In this document: in pieces, positions 39,591 through 51,697 of the stretch
Position numbering within the stretch: the stretch's first letter is position 1
How the letters are laid out: each line of letters starts with the position of its first letter
Assembly (NCBI RefSeq): GCF_036321535.1
Contig: NC_087437.1
Coordinates: 35,714,001 to 35,778,000, forward strand
Origin: Camelus dromedarius
Lineage: Eukaryota
Direction: 5' to 3'
DNA length: 64,000 nt
The notes under the pieces: model-generated
What the model saw: the letters and a program-made list of their open reading frames with translations, nothing else
Databases searched by the model: none
What the model was told of the DNA's origin: nothing
Program-made: the position numbers and the translations under genes

Positions 39591-40559
39591 AAAAAAAACA
39601 TGATTTCCATAAATTTTGTTAGAAGATAAGCAATTTCTTTTAGTATTTCAAAGATGTTTTCTTTGAGTTGTGTATTGAATTCGGTCATAATATTATTTTA
39701 TTTTTAATACACAATTTTCATTCTCTGTTTTATCATTCATTAATCAGTCTTTTCAGAAGTTATCCATTTTATTTATTTACTTTTAAAAACCCAACCTTAG
39801 GTTTTAGTAATGTTTTCTCTTTTTTTGTTGTTATTTTTCTCTTTTTCTCTTTTAAAAAATTCTCAATTTGTTTAAAAATTGTTATTTCAATCTTCTTTTC
39901 AGGGTGTAATTTCTTCTTATCCCATTTACATTAAGTGAAGATAATTATCTTCCTTCCTTCCTCCCTCCTTCTCTCTCCCCCTTCCCCCTATCCTTTCATC
40001 TTTTTACACTTTAAATAATTACAGCATTCATGCTGATAGGTTTTCCTTAGAGCTTTTGCTGTATAACATAGATTTGGGTGTGATCTAATCTGCTTTTAAT
40101 CACTTTGTGTATAGTTAGAAATTTCATTTTAATTTTAATCCAGGAGTTATTTAGGAAAAGTATACATTTCTAAGTATTAAAGTTTGATTGCTTATAAATC
40201 CAAGAATGTAGTCTGTAAAAGCACTCTGTATTCTTAGACTATCTCTTTGCTTTGAATGTTCTGTTTTCCTGGTATCCTTGTAATCTTTAATGCTCTCTCT
40301 CTCTTTGATTTAGTAAATGAATAGTTGCATTTTAATAGAGGAATTTAACCCATTCAGGCTTTTTGATAACTGATTATTTCTCAAATGTGTTATTTTATGA
40401 ATTTTTCAGAAATGCACCAGTGTTACTTACTTTTCCTATATTGCTCTTCCTTGTTCTTAAAAAGTGCCGATGAAATGCCACTACTTCTTAGCTCTGGTGG
40501 GTGTTCCCCACTGCAGGGATTATTTCTTTGGATTTAGAAGCAGAAACATGTAGTTTTTG

Positions 40560-40682
40560 TGCTCCTCTTCCTCCTTTCTCCCTTCTCTCTGTTTCTCTCC
40601 CTCACTTTCTTTTTCTCTATGTGTATGTGTTTCTCTATTTCTGTCTCCTCTCTTTCTCACTTTCTCTCTCACTGTCTCTCAA
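40560..40682. repeat. CT-rich low-complexity tract
   Basis: Read directly. Confidence 0.8.
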
Positions 40683-41718
40683 CTGTGAGCTGTCATGAAT
40701 GTAGCATCCACAACACTTCATACCTATTTTATAGTTCATATTCTTGATCACAGGTAACGGAATTGATTGGAAAGATATAAGGTAACTTAAAGAACCTGTG
40801 GGTATGCTGGGGGACCCAGTATAGATAATGAACATGAGCCAGAACAGTGTTTGCAGCCAATAAGCAACGAGTTAAGATGCTGTTGTTGCTGCCTCCATTA
40901 CAGGGCACTCATTACCACTTACTTCCATTGCAGGAACGAAGTGCTCTCACTGCTGAACTGTGGACTTTTCATTGGCACCATGATTAATATCAGAGCGCAG
41001 CACTTCCTCAAGGTAAGATTCTAGTTCATATCTCCATATTTTGGAAGCCTGGAGAGGGTAGAGAAACCATTTGCTTTCTTGACTTCCTGCTTAGCATCAA
41101 CCAGACACAATGATGGAGTTTCATACATTACGAAGAATCTTTGAATGCCTAGTGAACACATAGGATATTTCTCAGGGCTTTGTGCTTTATTCAACAAGAT
41201 ATTTAGCACCTATTATAAAAATATATGCAATGCTTATTCCAAGTAATGACATTCCTGATTTATCTTATAAATTATTTAATATTTTACTTTCCTGTTAATA
41301 AGATATAAACATATTTAAAATTGTGATGAAAAGTTTTAGATGCAATCTTAAAAATATCAGTTGGACATAGTATTTTTTAAAATTTTATTTAGAATTGTAA
41401 AAAAAAGGAAACCATTAGTCTAGGAGAGTTTGAAACTGAGAGTAGCCAGAGTAAGAAATACAATAGGATTACAGATAACATGGAGGGTCTACTTGAGGCA
41501 AGTGAGCTGGGGCTACAAGCAACATTACTGTGATGTCTTCCTCCAACTGTGCTCAGATGCCTGGGCACAGCCACACCTAGGTGAAGAGTTGTATTTAGCC
41601 TATGGTTCATTTTTAAATGGGTACAAAGAAGCAGAAGAGGAGAAACTGAGTTTGAAGATGGATTTTAAGGAGTGATTATAACGCTTCCTCAAGAAACATA
41701 AGGTTTTAGAAGGAAAGC

Positions 41719-41935
41719 ATCCTTGACCTTGAATAGCACAGGTTTGAACTGCATGGGTCCACTTATGCACAGATTTTTTTCAATAAGCACATACTTCAGT
41801 TACTACACGATCTGTAGTTGGTTCAGTCTGTGGATGCAAACCTTGGAAACTGAAGGCTGACAATGAAACTTTAGCATCTACAGATGTTGGTGGGTCTTGG
41901 AACCAGTCCCCTGTGGATACTGAAGGCCAGCCGTA
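41719..41935. mobile_element. TcMar-Tigger MITE (Tigger2/Tigger3/MER2/MER8-type ends)
   Basis: 'ttgaccttgaatagcacaggtttgaactgcatgggtccacttat' at one end and 'ggaaccagtcccctgtggatactgaaggccagccg'+ta at the other. Confidence 0.8.
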
Positions 41936-42237
41936 AATGTAAGAGGAAAAGGAGGATGGATCAATATCAATAGATTGCTGGCCAGATACAAATGATTGTT
42001 CTAGTCAAGGTATTAGAGATAATAAGCTGGTTAACTAATAGGTCAGGTTTGAAGAGTGGGATTATTGTATGACAATGTATAGGGTATGACCTTGAGTATG
42101 AGTGGCTAAGGTGAAGTGGAAATCAAGATAAGTGAAAGAAAGCAGGTCAAGGAAATGTTAAATCAGCATATTGGAAGGATCACTTATATGTATATTGTAT
42201 GTGTGTATATTAGTTTCATACTAATATATAAGAACTG

Positions 42238-42640
42238 TGTGTGAGTTTTATATTACTAAATGATGAATTCCACAAATTTGGTGGCTGATAATCAATACCC
42301 ATTTATTTTCTCACAGTTTTATAAGTTACAGGTTTGGAGTGGTGTAACTGAATTTTCTGTTTGGGGGTCTCATGAAGCCTAAATGTTGACTAGGCTGGGC
42401 TTTTTTCTGGTGGCTGTAAAAAAGAATTCACTTCTCAACTCATTTAGTTTATTAGTCGATTAAGTTGTTTGTAGTTGTGAGACTGTTTCCTTGCTGGGTT
42501 TGATCAAGGATCTTTTCATTTTTCTTGGCTCTTAGATAGTCCTTAAAATTGAACCCCTCCATCTTGAAAGCCAGCAACAGTGTATTGAATGTTTCTCATG
42601 CCCCAATCTCTCTGGCTTCTCCTTTTGCCTTCCTTTTCTG
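42238..42640 (-). mobile_element. ERVL-MaLR LTR (MLT1D/E-like)
   Basis: 'ccacaaatttggtggct...catttattttctcacagtt', 'cccctccatcttgaaagccagcaac'. Confidence 0.75.
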
Positions 42641-42647
42641 GTTCTTC

Positions 42648-43865
42648 CTTTTTAAGACTTTATTTTTTAGAGCAGTTTTATGTTCACAACAAAATGGCGA
42701 GGAAAGCAGGGGGATTTTCAATATATTCCCTGCCCCAAACTTGCATAGCCTCTCACATTATCAGCATCACTCAACAGAATGGTACTTTTCTTTTTTTAAC
42801 CAAGGATAAATACATCTACAATAACATCATAATTACCAAAAGTCCATAGTTTACATTAGGATTCACTATTGGTGTGGTACATTTTACAGGTTTGGACAAG
42901 TGTATAATGACACACATGCATCACTGTAATATTATACAGAGTATTTTCATTGCCCCCCAAGTCTTCTGTACTTCTGCCTATTCATCCATACCCCTTCACC
43001 CCAAGCCCTGACAACCACTGATCTTTCTATTCTCTCCATTGTTTTGCCTTTTCCAGAATGTCGTATGTTGGAATCATATATTATGTAGCATTTTCAGATT
43101 GTCATCTTTTACTTAGTAATATACATTTAAGGTTTCTCCATGTTTTTGCATGGCCTGAGAGTGCATTACTTTTTAGCACTGAAATTATTCCGTTGTTTGG
43201 ATGCACTACAGTTTTTCTATCACCCTCTTAGAGATATCTTGGTTGCTTCCAAATTTTAATAATTATGAGTAAAACTGCTACAAACATCCATGTGCAGGTT
43301 TTTGTGTGGACATATGTTTTCTGTTCCTTTGGGTGAATTTCAAGGAGCATGATAGCTGGATCATAAGGTAACAATATGTATGGTTTTATAAGAAACAGCC
43401 AAACCATCTTCCAAATGGCTGTACCATTTTGCATTCTCACCAGCAATGAATGAGAATTCTTACTGCTCCACATCTTTCGTTATCAGTACTCTGGATTTTG
43501 TCATTCTAATAGATATGCAGTAGTATCTCATTGTTGTTTTAATACGCATTTCCCTGGTGAGATATGATGTGGAGCATCTGTTCACATGTTTACTTGCCAT
43601 CTGTATATCTTCTTAGGTGAGATGTCTGTTAAGGTCTTTGGCCTATTATTTAATTGGGTTGTCTGATTTCTTATTGTTGAGTTGTAAGAGTTCTTTATAT
43701 ATTTTGGGTAATAGTCTTTTGTCAGATGTGTCTTTTGCAAATATTTTCTCCCAGTCTGTGTCTTGTCTTTTAATTCTCTCAATATTGTTTTTTTGCGGAA
43801 GTATGTATTTTTAATTAAATCTAGCTTATCAATCATTTCTTTCATGGGGCATGTATTTAGTTTTG
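42648..43865 (-). mobile_element. L1MC1-like 3' end with ORF2 remnant
   Basis: 'tttttagagcagtttta...aagtccatagtttacattagg' matches the recalled L1MC1 3'UTR; ORFs 43228-43473 and 43582-43956 contain ORF2-like 'LPYDPAI...KTYVHTKTCT' and 'IDKLDLIK'. Confidence 0.9.
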
Positions 43866-45329
43866 GGTTTTTTTTTTTTTTTCCCCCAAACACATTGATG
43901 TTGATGACTATTGCCTCACTCAAGTAGGAACATATTCTGAAGTGGGAGAAAGACACTTTTCATTGTATAATCTTTCTTGTTTGAATTTTTATCCCACTTT
44001 TATATTTTCATACATAGAAAAATGATTATAAAATGAAACTACAAGACTCTTAATTTAAAACCTATTTCATGAGGTTCTCTTTTCTATTCCTTGTTTTAGA
44101 ATGTTGTTACATCTACAATTACAAACTGGTAATTGATGGCACAATTCTGAAGATGGTTTAGAATTGGGAGAAGTTAAAAATACCTTGTATTTTTTTCATT
44201 AGAGTAGTATTGTTACTAATTCAAAATAAGACTTTATCCTATCAGCAATGAGCAACAACTTCACTGATTCTTTGCTCCTATGATTTTAAAATTAGAAATA
44301 AGAAAATATTATTGTGGTTATCCTAATAAATTAGCTGCTGGTTTATAATACAAACTCTAATGATTCTGTAGAAAACCTGCATTGAGCTGAAAATCAGTAT
44401 GTGGCACTCGGACAGCAAGAGTATATAAATGTTTTCTTAAAATTATTTAATATTCATTGATGCCTGTTATGTACTAGATACTTAGATATTGCAAGGGCTG
44501 TGTTTATTCATCATTATTCTCTCTTCCTTTATTTCTTAATTCATTTATCACTTATTTATTGTCTCCAATATTTTAGGAACTTTTCTAATTCTTTAAATTT
44601 TCATAAGGACTCAATTATGCCCTGCTGTAGCTTATATTTCATTTGTGAGGAGGGCAGACAAACCAGTAAGCCACAAAAAGAGAGAGTGAGAGGAGAGAAA
44701 ACAGTAGTAAGATAATTTTGAGCATGTAATAGAACCTAAAAAAAAAGCAAAAGGGGTTAATTTGAATGGCAGACACTAGTGGGAATGGCGATGAGGTTGG
44801 GGTTGGAGGTGGATTGTGGAGTCTCATAGCTTATGACAGTTAGAGGGAAAGTACCATATGATGAAATAAAGGTTCAGAGCGTTGAAAGGGTTTTATTTTC
44901 TTAATATTTACTTCTCTGTTCTTTTCAGCATTTTTTTGGGGGGGGGTGTAGGTAAATTGATTTCTTTGAGGATACAAGATTGCCATTATCATAGAGAATT
45001 TAATGAAAGGGACTCTGAAATTTATTTAAAGGCTGTATCTGTTCCAAGTTAAAGCAAATCATGAATTTAATCAAGCCAGAGGAGACAACAGTTTAATGAA
45101 GCTTTTATTTTGGACCATGTATTTTATTGACTCATGTAAAAACACTCTTGAAATGCCTATTCTTACTGATTTTATCTTTTATGATTGCAGGCTTATTGAC
45201 TTTTGTGTAATATCAATTCATTCATTCAATCAATCTTTCATATATTCTAAAAATTACATCTACTTACAGGTAGCAGGGACCACAGCTGAAATTATGTCTT
45301 AGAAATCTAGCATTTATTTATTTCTTATA

Positions 45330-45722
45330 GTGAGAAAACTAGAGGGAGGTTGGTTAGTAGCTTAAGGTTTCATCCTTCTGGCTTTCTATTCCGTTGTCAT
45401 AATATGCTGGCATTTTGGTCCTGGTCCTCAAGATGGCTGCTACACCTCTAGGAATGGCAGGAAAAGTCAGTGCCAGAGCAGAAAAGCAAAAACATTCCTA
45501 GAAATCACTTGACAGGCTTCTGCTTTAGTCTCATTGCCTAAAACTGAGGCCCATGGGCACCCCAACCGCAAAGAGTTCTGAAGAAGCAGGAAGTAGGATT
45601 GGGAATGTCTTAAAACAATCTTTATACATTTTCTAGAGCTTGATACACTGATGCTCTCAACAAAATCAAGGAATATGGATAACAATGAACATTAGGCTGT
45701 CACCTATGAGTAATTTGCCACA
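45330..45722 (-). mobile_element. ERVL-MaLR LTR (MLT1J/K/L-like)
   Basis: 'caagatggctgctacacctc', 'tctcattgcctaaaactgaggcccatgg', ends ...ttgccaca. Confidence 0.6.
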
Positions 45723-48700
45723 AATTCTACTTATATTATAAACCATTGAAAAAAACCAACTATTTTATCCATTGTATTAAAAAAGTTTTTTGCAAAAATG
45801 TTGTTTGGAGTAAGAATACGTGTTTTTACTGGTTGGAACACGCAGAACAACCCCATTAAAACAAGCAGGTTTTAATGGTACCATCTGATTTACTCTTGAA
45901 ACTACATCACTGCCCTATATATTTTAATTATGATATTACAATATTATTATAACAAAAATAAATTGTATTATTTATATTTATCTTTTAAATTATTTTGATT
46001 ACTGTTGTAAGAAAGATAAATTTCTCACCACCAAACTTCATACACTTAAATATGTATAACAAATGGTTTAAGTTCAGAATTTGAAATTTATTTGCAAAAG
46101 TGGAATTTGCTGTCACTTTTAATCTGTCATTGGTATCTGAAAATTATTTAAAATTTGAGAAATTCACTTCAGTGTGTATAATTTCATTTTCTTTATATGT
46201 CTATTTCCAGTTATATATAATGCCTTTAAGAAGTCTTGATACTTTTAGATAATGATTTTCTAAATGTTGAAGAACTACTTTCATATAAAGAGACAAAATG
46301 TCTGGTTATTGCTTAAAAGAGTACTGTTAAAATTAATTATCTCTGAATTAGGACTTTTTAAAGGAATAAAATCTCAAATGTGCAATCTAAGGAGAAACTT
46401 CTAAAAATAATTAATAGAAGTTATTCAGTATACCAGATAACCATTATGTTTGCTCTTTTATATATTTTTGTGGCTTATATAATACTATTATATGTAGTTC
46501 CTGATACAGAATAGTTAATAAATAAATGATTATTGAATTAACACTTTCAAATTTATATATGTACTTTCCTTAACAAAGAATTAAAAATATTAATTTCAAT
46601 AGTGATATTGAAAGACCACTCAGAAAATAAGAATACTTATGTTTATAACAATATTAAAAATTTTAACATTTACAATACAAATATCTCATTTTTTTGTTTT
46701 TCCCCTTTTCCAATTATTGACATAATTTGAGCACTTTGAATGTTATTTATTCATCAAAAATGATAAAATAATAGTGTTACCCTGCAAAGTTGAAATTTGG
46801 AGGAGTCTTTAACCTGTCAGAACTCTGTTACCTGAAGTCATTTATAGCCCTTATATGAGTACAATGTAATTTATATTATAAAGAAGATGAGCAAATGCAT
46901 CAAAATTAAGAGAAAACAGTGTAAAATATTTCACAAAGGTCTTATAATCCCATAGTATCATTAAATACATGTGTTCTCTGGCCCCTAGAATAGACAAGAG
47001 TAAACAATTGGCTTCCCCAAAATAAGCCACAGATCATACAGACCAGTTAAGAAATCTACATTGAACTGGCCAATGTCAGAATAGATCCACCAGGTTTAAT
47101 CTCATTCTCTTTAATGAGGAAAGTCAGTGCAACTGAAGGAACCAATCCTCAATGAACTTAATGGATTCAAACAAGAGGAGGAGCAATCTTGAGAAGGTTA
47201 TCACTTTGAAAAAAAGAGAGAGAGAGAGTTAATAACTATGATGAAACGGTTGGAATAAATTACATGAAACTCATTTGGCCATAAAAACCCAAAACAAAAC
47301 AAAACAAAAAACTCTGGATCCAGAAATAAATACTTGCTCTGAAGGAGTCTCCTATTTACCTTTAACAATACAGTTATTTAAAAGTCCCAGGAAGTTAGGA
47401 CTGAGGGGCAATAAGGAGACAGAAAAGGATAATCATGGATTCTATTTAAAGAAGGATTTCAGAAACTCCTAAGTGCTTCATTCTTATTTATACCTTCCAA
47501 TAATATAAAGATATAATAAAGTAAAATTCTTTTAAAAAAACAATTCATTTTGCTCTTAAATGTGTTGGTTCCCAAAGTATATAAATGCCATTATGGGATG
47601 CCTAAGATTCTTTTGTATAACAAATCTCAATCATGCAGATTTCTGGGGTTAACAAATTAGAGTTGCTTTTGCAACTTTTCCTTTGCCCTATTTAACATCA
47701 GCATTTTGTCTACATTGACATTTTCTTTTTAGCTGATCAATTTCTCTAAGTGCAAGAGAAAACTCATTCTTTTCTTGCAGATTTTATTGCTACTTATTCA
47801 AAGTGATGCAGCATAGGAAACATTTTTGGTTTACAAAAATATACTTGACCTTGAAGTTTGGAAAGGGATGCTCTGCATTAGTAAATAAACTGATTCATTC
47901 TGTCATTGATGATTTGAAGAAGTGATATACATAGAACATCAAGCTGTCATTTCTCCTATATTTTTGGTTGTCCTTTTGTTTTAACTAGGAACATTTTGGA
48001 AAACATCTTAAAAAACAGCAATCTTGAGACATTTCCTTATAACTGTCAAAGACAAGCCTATATTCAAGTTTCAGAGAACAATAAAGGATAGCACAGAGCC
48101 AGACTAAAAGACAAATCATTGTCATAAGAACATTACATTATTATTATATAAAAGTTGAATATATTTTATAAAACTGGTCTAATTTTATCATTGTTTTCCC
48201 TTTAAATTAGTGTTTTATTATATTCAACCAACAATAATAATATCACTTTGTTACTGTTTATCTTCTTTACTTTGAAGAAAAATAATGCTATCAAGACATT
48301 AAACTTTACATTTATTGTCAAATACCTTAAGATAATTTGAGGAACAGGCTATTTCAGAAGGCTGAGTTTCTCCACACTTATATTAGTTTCAGAAATGTTG
48401 ATAGTTTTATTTGCAGTTAATATGACCAGCACTCTGGTTCATTTTTTAAAAAACACAATTGTTGTTTCCCTTAAAAAAAGGCTATAAGACCTTTTGTCTT
48501 GAAAATTGTTCTCTATTTATAATTAACTTGACAGGTAGGAAACTAAACATTCTTTTAAAGGAAATAATATTGTGCAATGGTTAAAGTATAAGTTGAAGCT
48601 TAGTAAATGGCAATTCTAAAATGCTTTCAAGCTCAAAGCTATAATCTAAACGTGAAATGACATAGTAATAAAATAAAAAGCAATTATAAGGCAGAAATTG

Positions 48701-50099
48701 AAGAATAGTGAGAAGATTGTAAAGACATATTAAGAAGACCAATTTTGTATCAACTAGCTGCTCTTTTGCCATGAACAGTCTTGGCTATGGCAACATTTAC
48801 ATCAACTTAGTTACAAATGAAATACTGAAAAATTCTGTCAATCAGTGATATTAAAAGTAACATGTAATTAGGAAGTGTAGATTGCAATGAATTGGAAGAT
48901 TGATCTAATATCATGAAACAAGTTAAGCTTTCACTTTAGATGTCGGTAGTCTCTTTAATTTTTGGTATCAGTAGGGCTTCTGGTAAGTAACTAGAAAAGT
49001 AGGAAAGGAAAGGTTATTTGAGTAATAAGAAAGATTCTTCTAACTTAGAACTATGCCCTAAATGATTATTTTAATGCTAGAACGCTCAGAGCCTCTAAAT
49101 AGTGATTTTTGTAACCAGCATAACGATATCCCCCGAGGATGATCAAAGGGTTACTGCAAAAGGTACTTAGAATTGTAGATATATTCTGTTTCCATTTTTC
49201 AATCAAATTGTGCTATAACAACAGGACGAGAAACATTGTGGAGAGATTACGATTAACAGTGATAATTAAACTAGTACAGTTAAGGAGCGAAAATATTTTT
49301 TATTTTATTGATTTAACTTTGAGCAGATGTAGAAAAAGACATTTAAAATTTTCCCTAGTACTTTTGTATGGAAATTATAAGCAATTATATATCAAAATAT
49401 ATCAAATTTATACATAATTTTGCAATTTTCTCTTAAAATGGGTTAATTTCATGATAAAAGTATAAAAATACATAGCTGTTTCCTTTTGAGGCTCCAATCC
49501 CAAGAGTCTGTTGTGTCTTTGAAAAAGCAGTGCAAGTGGGCTATGTTTGTGCTTTTTGAGAGAGCTCTTATTGAAATAATCAATTTTATTTTATAGATAT
49601 AGTTCACTAACTATAATAAAACTCTGTTGGTAAATGAAATTTCGCTACTTCAGTTCCTCAAGTTGGTAGTTAATTTCTTCTCCCAATTTATAATGCTTTG
49701 CATTCCTTCAACAATTTGAGTTTCTGCTCACAGATATAATCAAATATATATCTTCTACTGTTGGCTAATCTCCTCCAATGTAAGTTACATTGTGAATGAA
49801 AAGTCTTAATGGGAAGCAAGGGTACCAATGTTGATAATCAAGCTTTATATTTGCATGATATTTAGGTTGCCAATTAAAGTCTTCAGAGGAGTTATTACTG
49901 GGCTGTTTATTTTTAAAATACAGCATTTTTATTACAGAATGCACTTGTTTGGCAGAGTGTGAACTAAAAATCTGCAAAAGCCCAGAAGTAATGTAGAAAA
50001 GAAAATCATGATGACTAGAAATAAGATTCAGCAAGAATACAAAGTATGTTCCATTGAAGTATGCGCATGTAATTTATCCACAAAAACTGTATAGATTTT

Positions 50100-51250
50100 T
50101 TTATCAGTAGTCTGTATTGAACAGTTTTTTTTCTGTGCTAGGTACTAGAAATATAAATTCGTGCACAATGGAGGTGCTCCCTGTTCTCAAGAAGCTTAGA
50201 GTTTGAAAGAAACAGTCAATAAGAGCAAATGTGCAAAAGTGTAGCCATGTAGTATGATTGATGAAGCATCCAAGGCACAAAATTAAATCTTTAAGCAGGA
50301 ATGATGGAATCAGGTAATGAAAACTTACTAAGGGAAAATGACATCAAACTTAAGAATATATTTAAAGAATTAGCAAGCAAGTTATCCAGGAGAATGAATG
50401 GGTAGGAATTGACTAGGCAGAGGAAATGGCATCTGCAGAAGCCTTAAAGTAAGAGATGACAAAAGACATGCAAGTAATTGAAAGAAGTCTAACAGGATTG
50501 GAAAATCAGTTTAGTTATAGGAAGAAGAGAGCAGTAGGTCTGCTGTCCCTCCCCTGGAAATTTGCCTCATCTCCTACATGCCTGCATCACCAGTGTGGCC
50601 TCTCTGGTCTTTTTTTCTAGCCCCTAATCTTTGTTCTAAGCACCCAGTTGAGGTCCATAGAAAAGATCTTACAAATGTGCAAATCCCTCCTTGTGTCTGG
50701 GGCTCCAGGGAATTCTAGACTGACAATCTAATCCATCTTTGATCTGTACCAAATTGTTCCATTTCTTCTTACGCTCTTGTGCGTTGACTCTCCTCACTGT
50801 CATATTTCTCCTTACAGGGTTCTTTCCCCTTGAAATTCCAGTTTCTTAGCTGCCTTATGATCTCAGTTCTCTGACCAATGCAATAAAAAGTTATAATCTT
50901 GTTATTTATCCAATTTTTCTCCCTGTTACTGTGGAAGTAGCGTTCTTCACTGCTTTATACATCTTAAGTGGATGGAGAGGACTGAATATATTTTTAAGAA
51001 TATTAGTGGTATGGGAAATGAAATACAAGGAGAAAAATTTGGAATCCGGGGAGACAAGTTATTTGTGTGAGCTGTGAAGCAGGTAAGAGATTATGGTAGA
51101 CAAGACAGAGAAATACTATTAAGAGTGGGAAATCTGTGCATGAATTCAAGAGAGATATAGAAGACAAAATGGACAAGTTCAGTCATGAATTAGGAAGCTG
51201 GCAGACAGGGAAAAGTCAAGGCTGATTTCCAGGTTTCTGGCTTATGAATG
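50100..51250 (-). mobile_element. L2 remnant, with a probable old L1M 5'-region fragment inserted at about 50560-50970
   Basis: L2: 'tgtgctaggtactaga...ctgttctcaagaagcttagagt', 'aagtcaaggctgatttccaggtttctggctt'. Insert: 'ctcagttctctga...aaaagttataatcttg...ctttatacatc'. Confidence 0.6.
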
Positions 51251-51673
51251 CAGGAGAATTTTGAGCAGATAAATCTTTTCTAGTTTTATCTTCTTTATTT
51301 TTATATTTTGTAAGTACTATTGTTATTATTTAAATTAATATATTGGGACCAAAGAAAATCTTACCTTGTCAATTCGATCAAAAACATATATGCTAGTTTT
51401 GTCAATGCAAGTTCTTTTTTTTTCTAATTATGTGAATACTTATGCCAGATTCTTGTAGTCACTTCTTTTGTTCAGATAGAAGGATTCAACTTTTTTAGGG
51501 ATTTCTTCTTATATTTTCTTCATTTCTGCAAAGATGATAAACTTTGATGCATAATCCAACTTGGAAACTCAAGTAAGAGTCTTGGCGTATATCTGGAAAC
51601 TCAATCTTTCCAAAACTCAGCTTAAAAGCAAGCCACAGTTTCATGTAGACAATTTAGTTTTATTCAAAGCCTA

Positions 51674-51697
51674 GTACTCACTTTGGCAGCACATATA
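51674..51697 (+). pseudogene. RNU6: 3'-truncated (tailless) U6 snRNA retrocopy, nt 1-24, between direct repeats
   Basis: gtactcactttggcagcacatata vs U6 5' end gtgctcgcttcggcagcacatata (21/24); perfect repeat tagttttattcaaagcctag at 51655-51674 and 51696-51715. Confidence 0.85.

Noticed and set aside
43228..43956. ORFs of 81 and 124 aa, the latter the longest in the window
   Set aside because: Frameshifted L1 ORF2 remnants; not a functional CDS.
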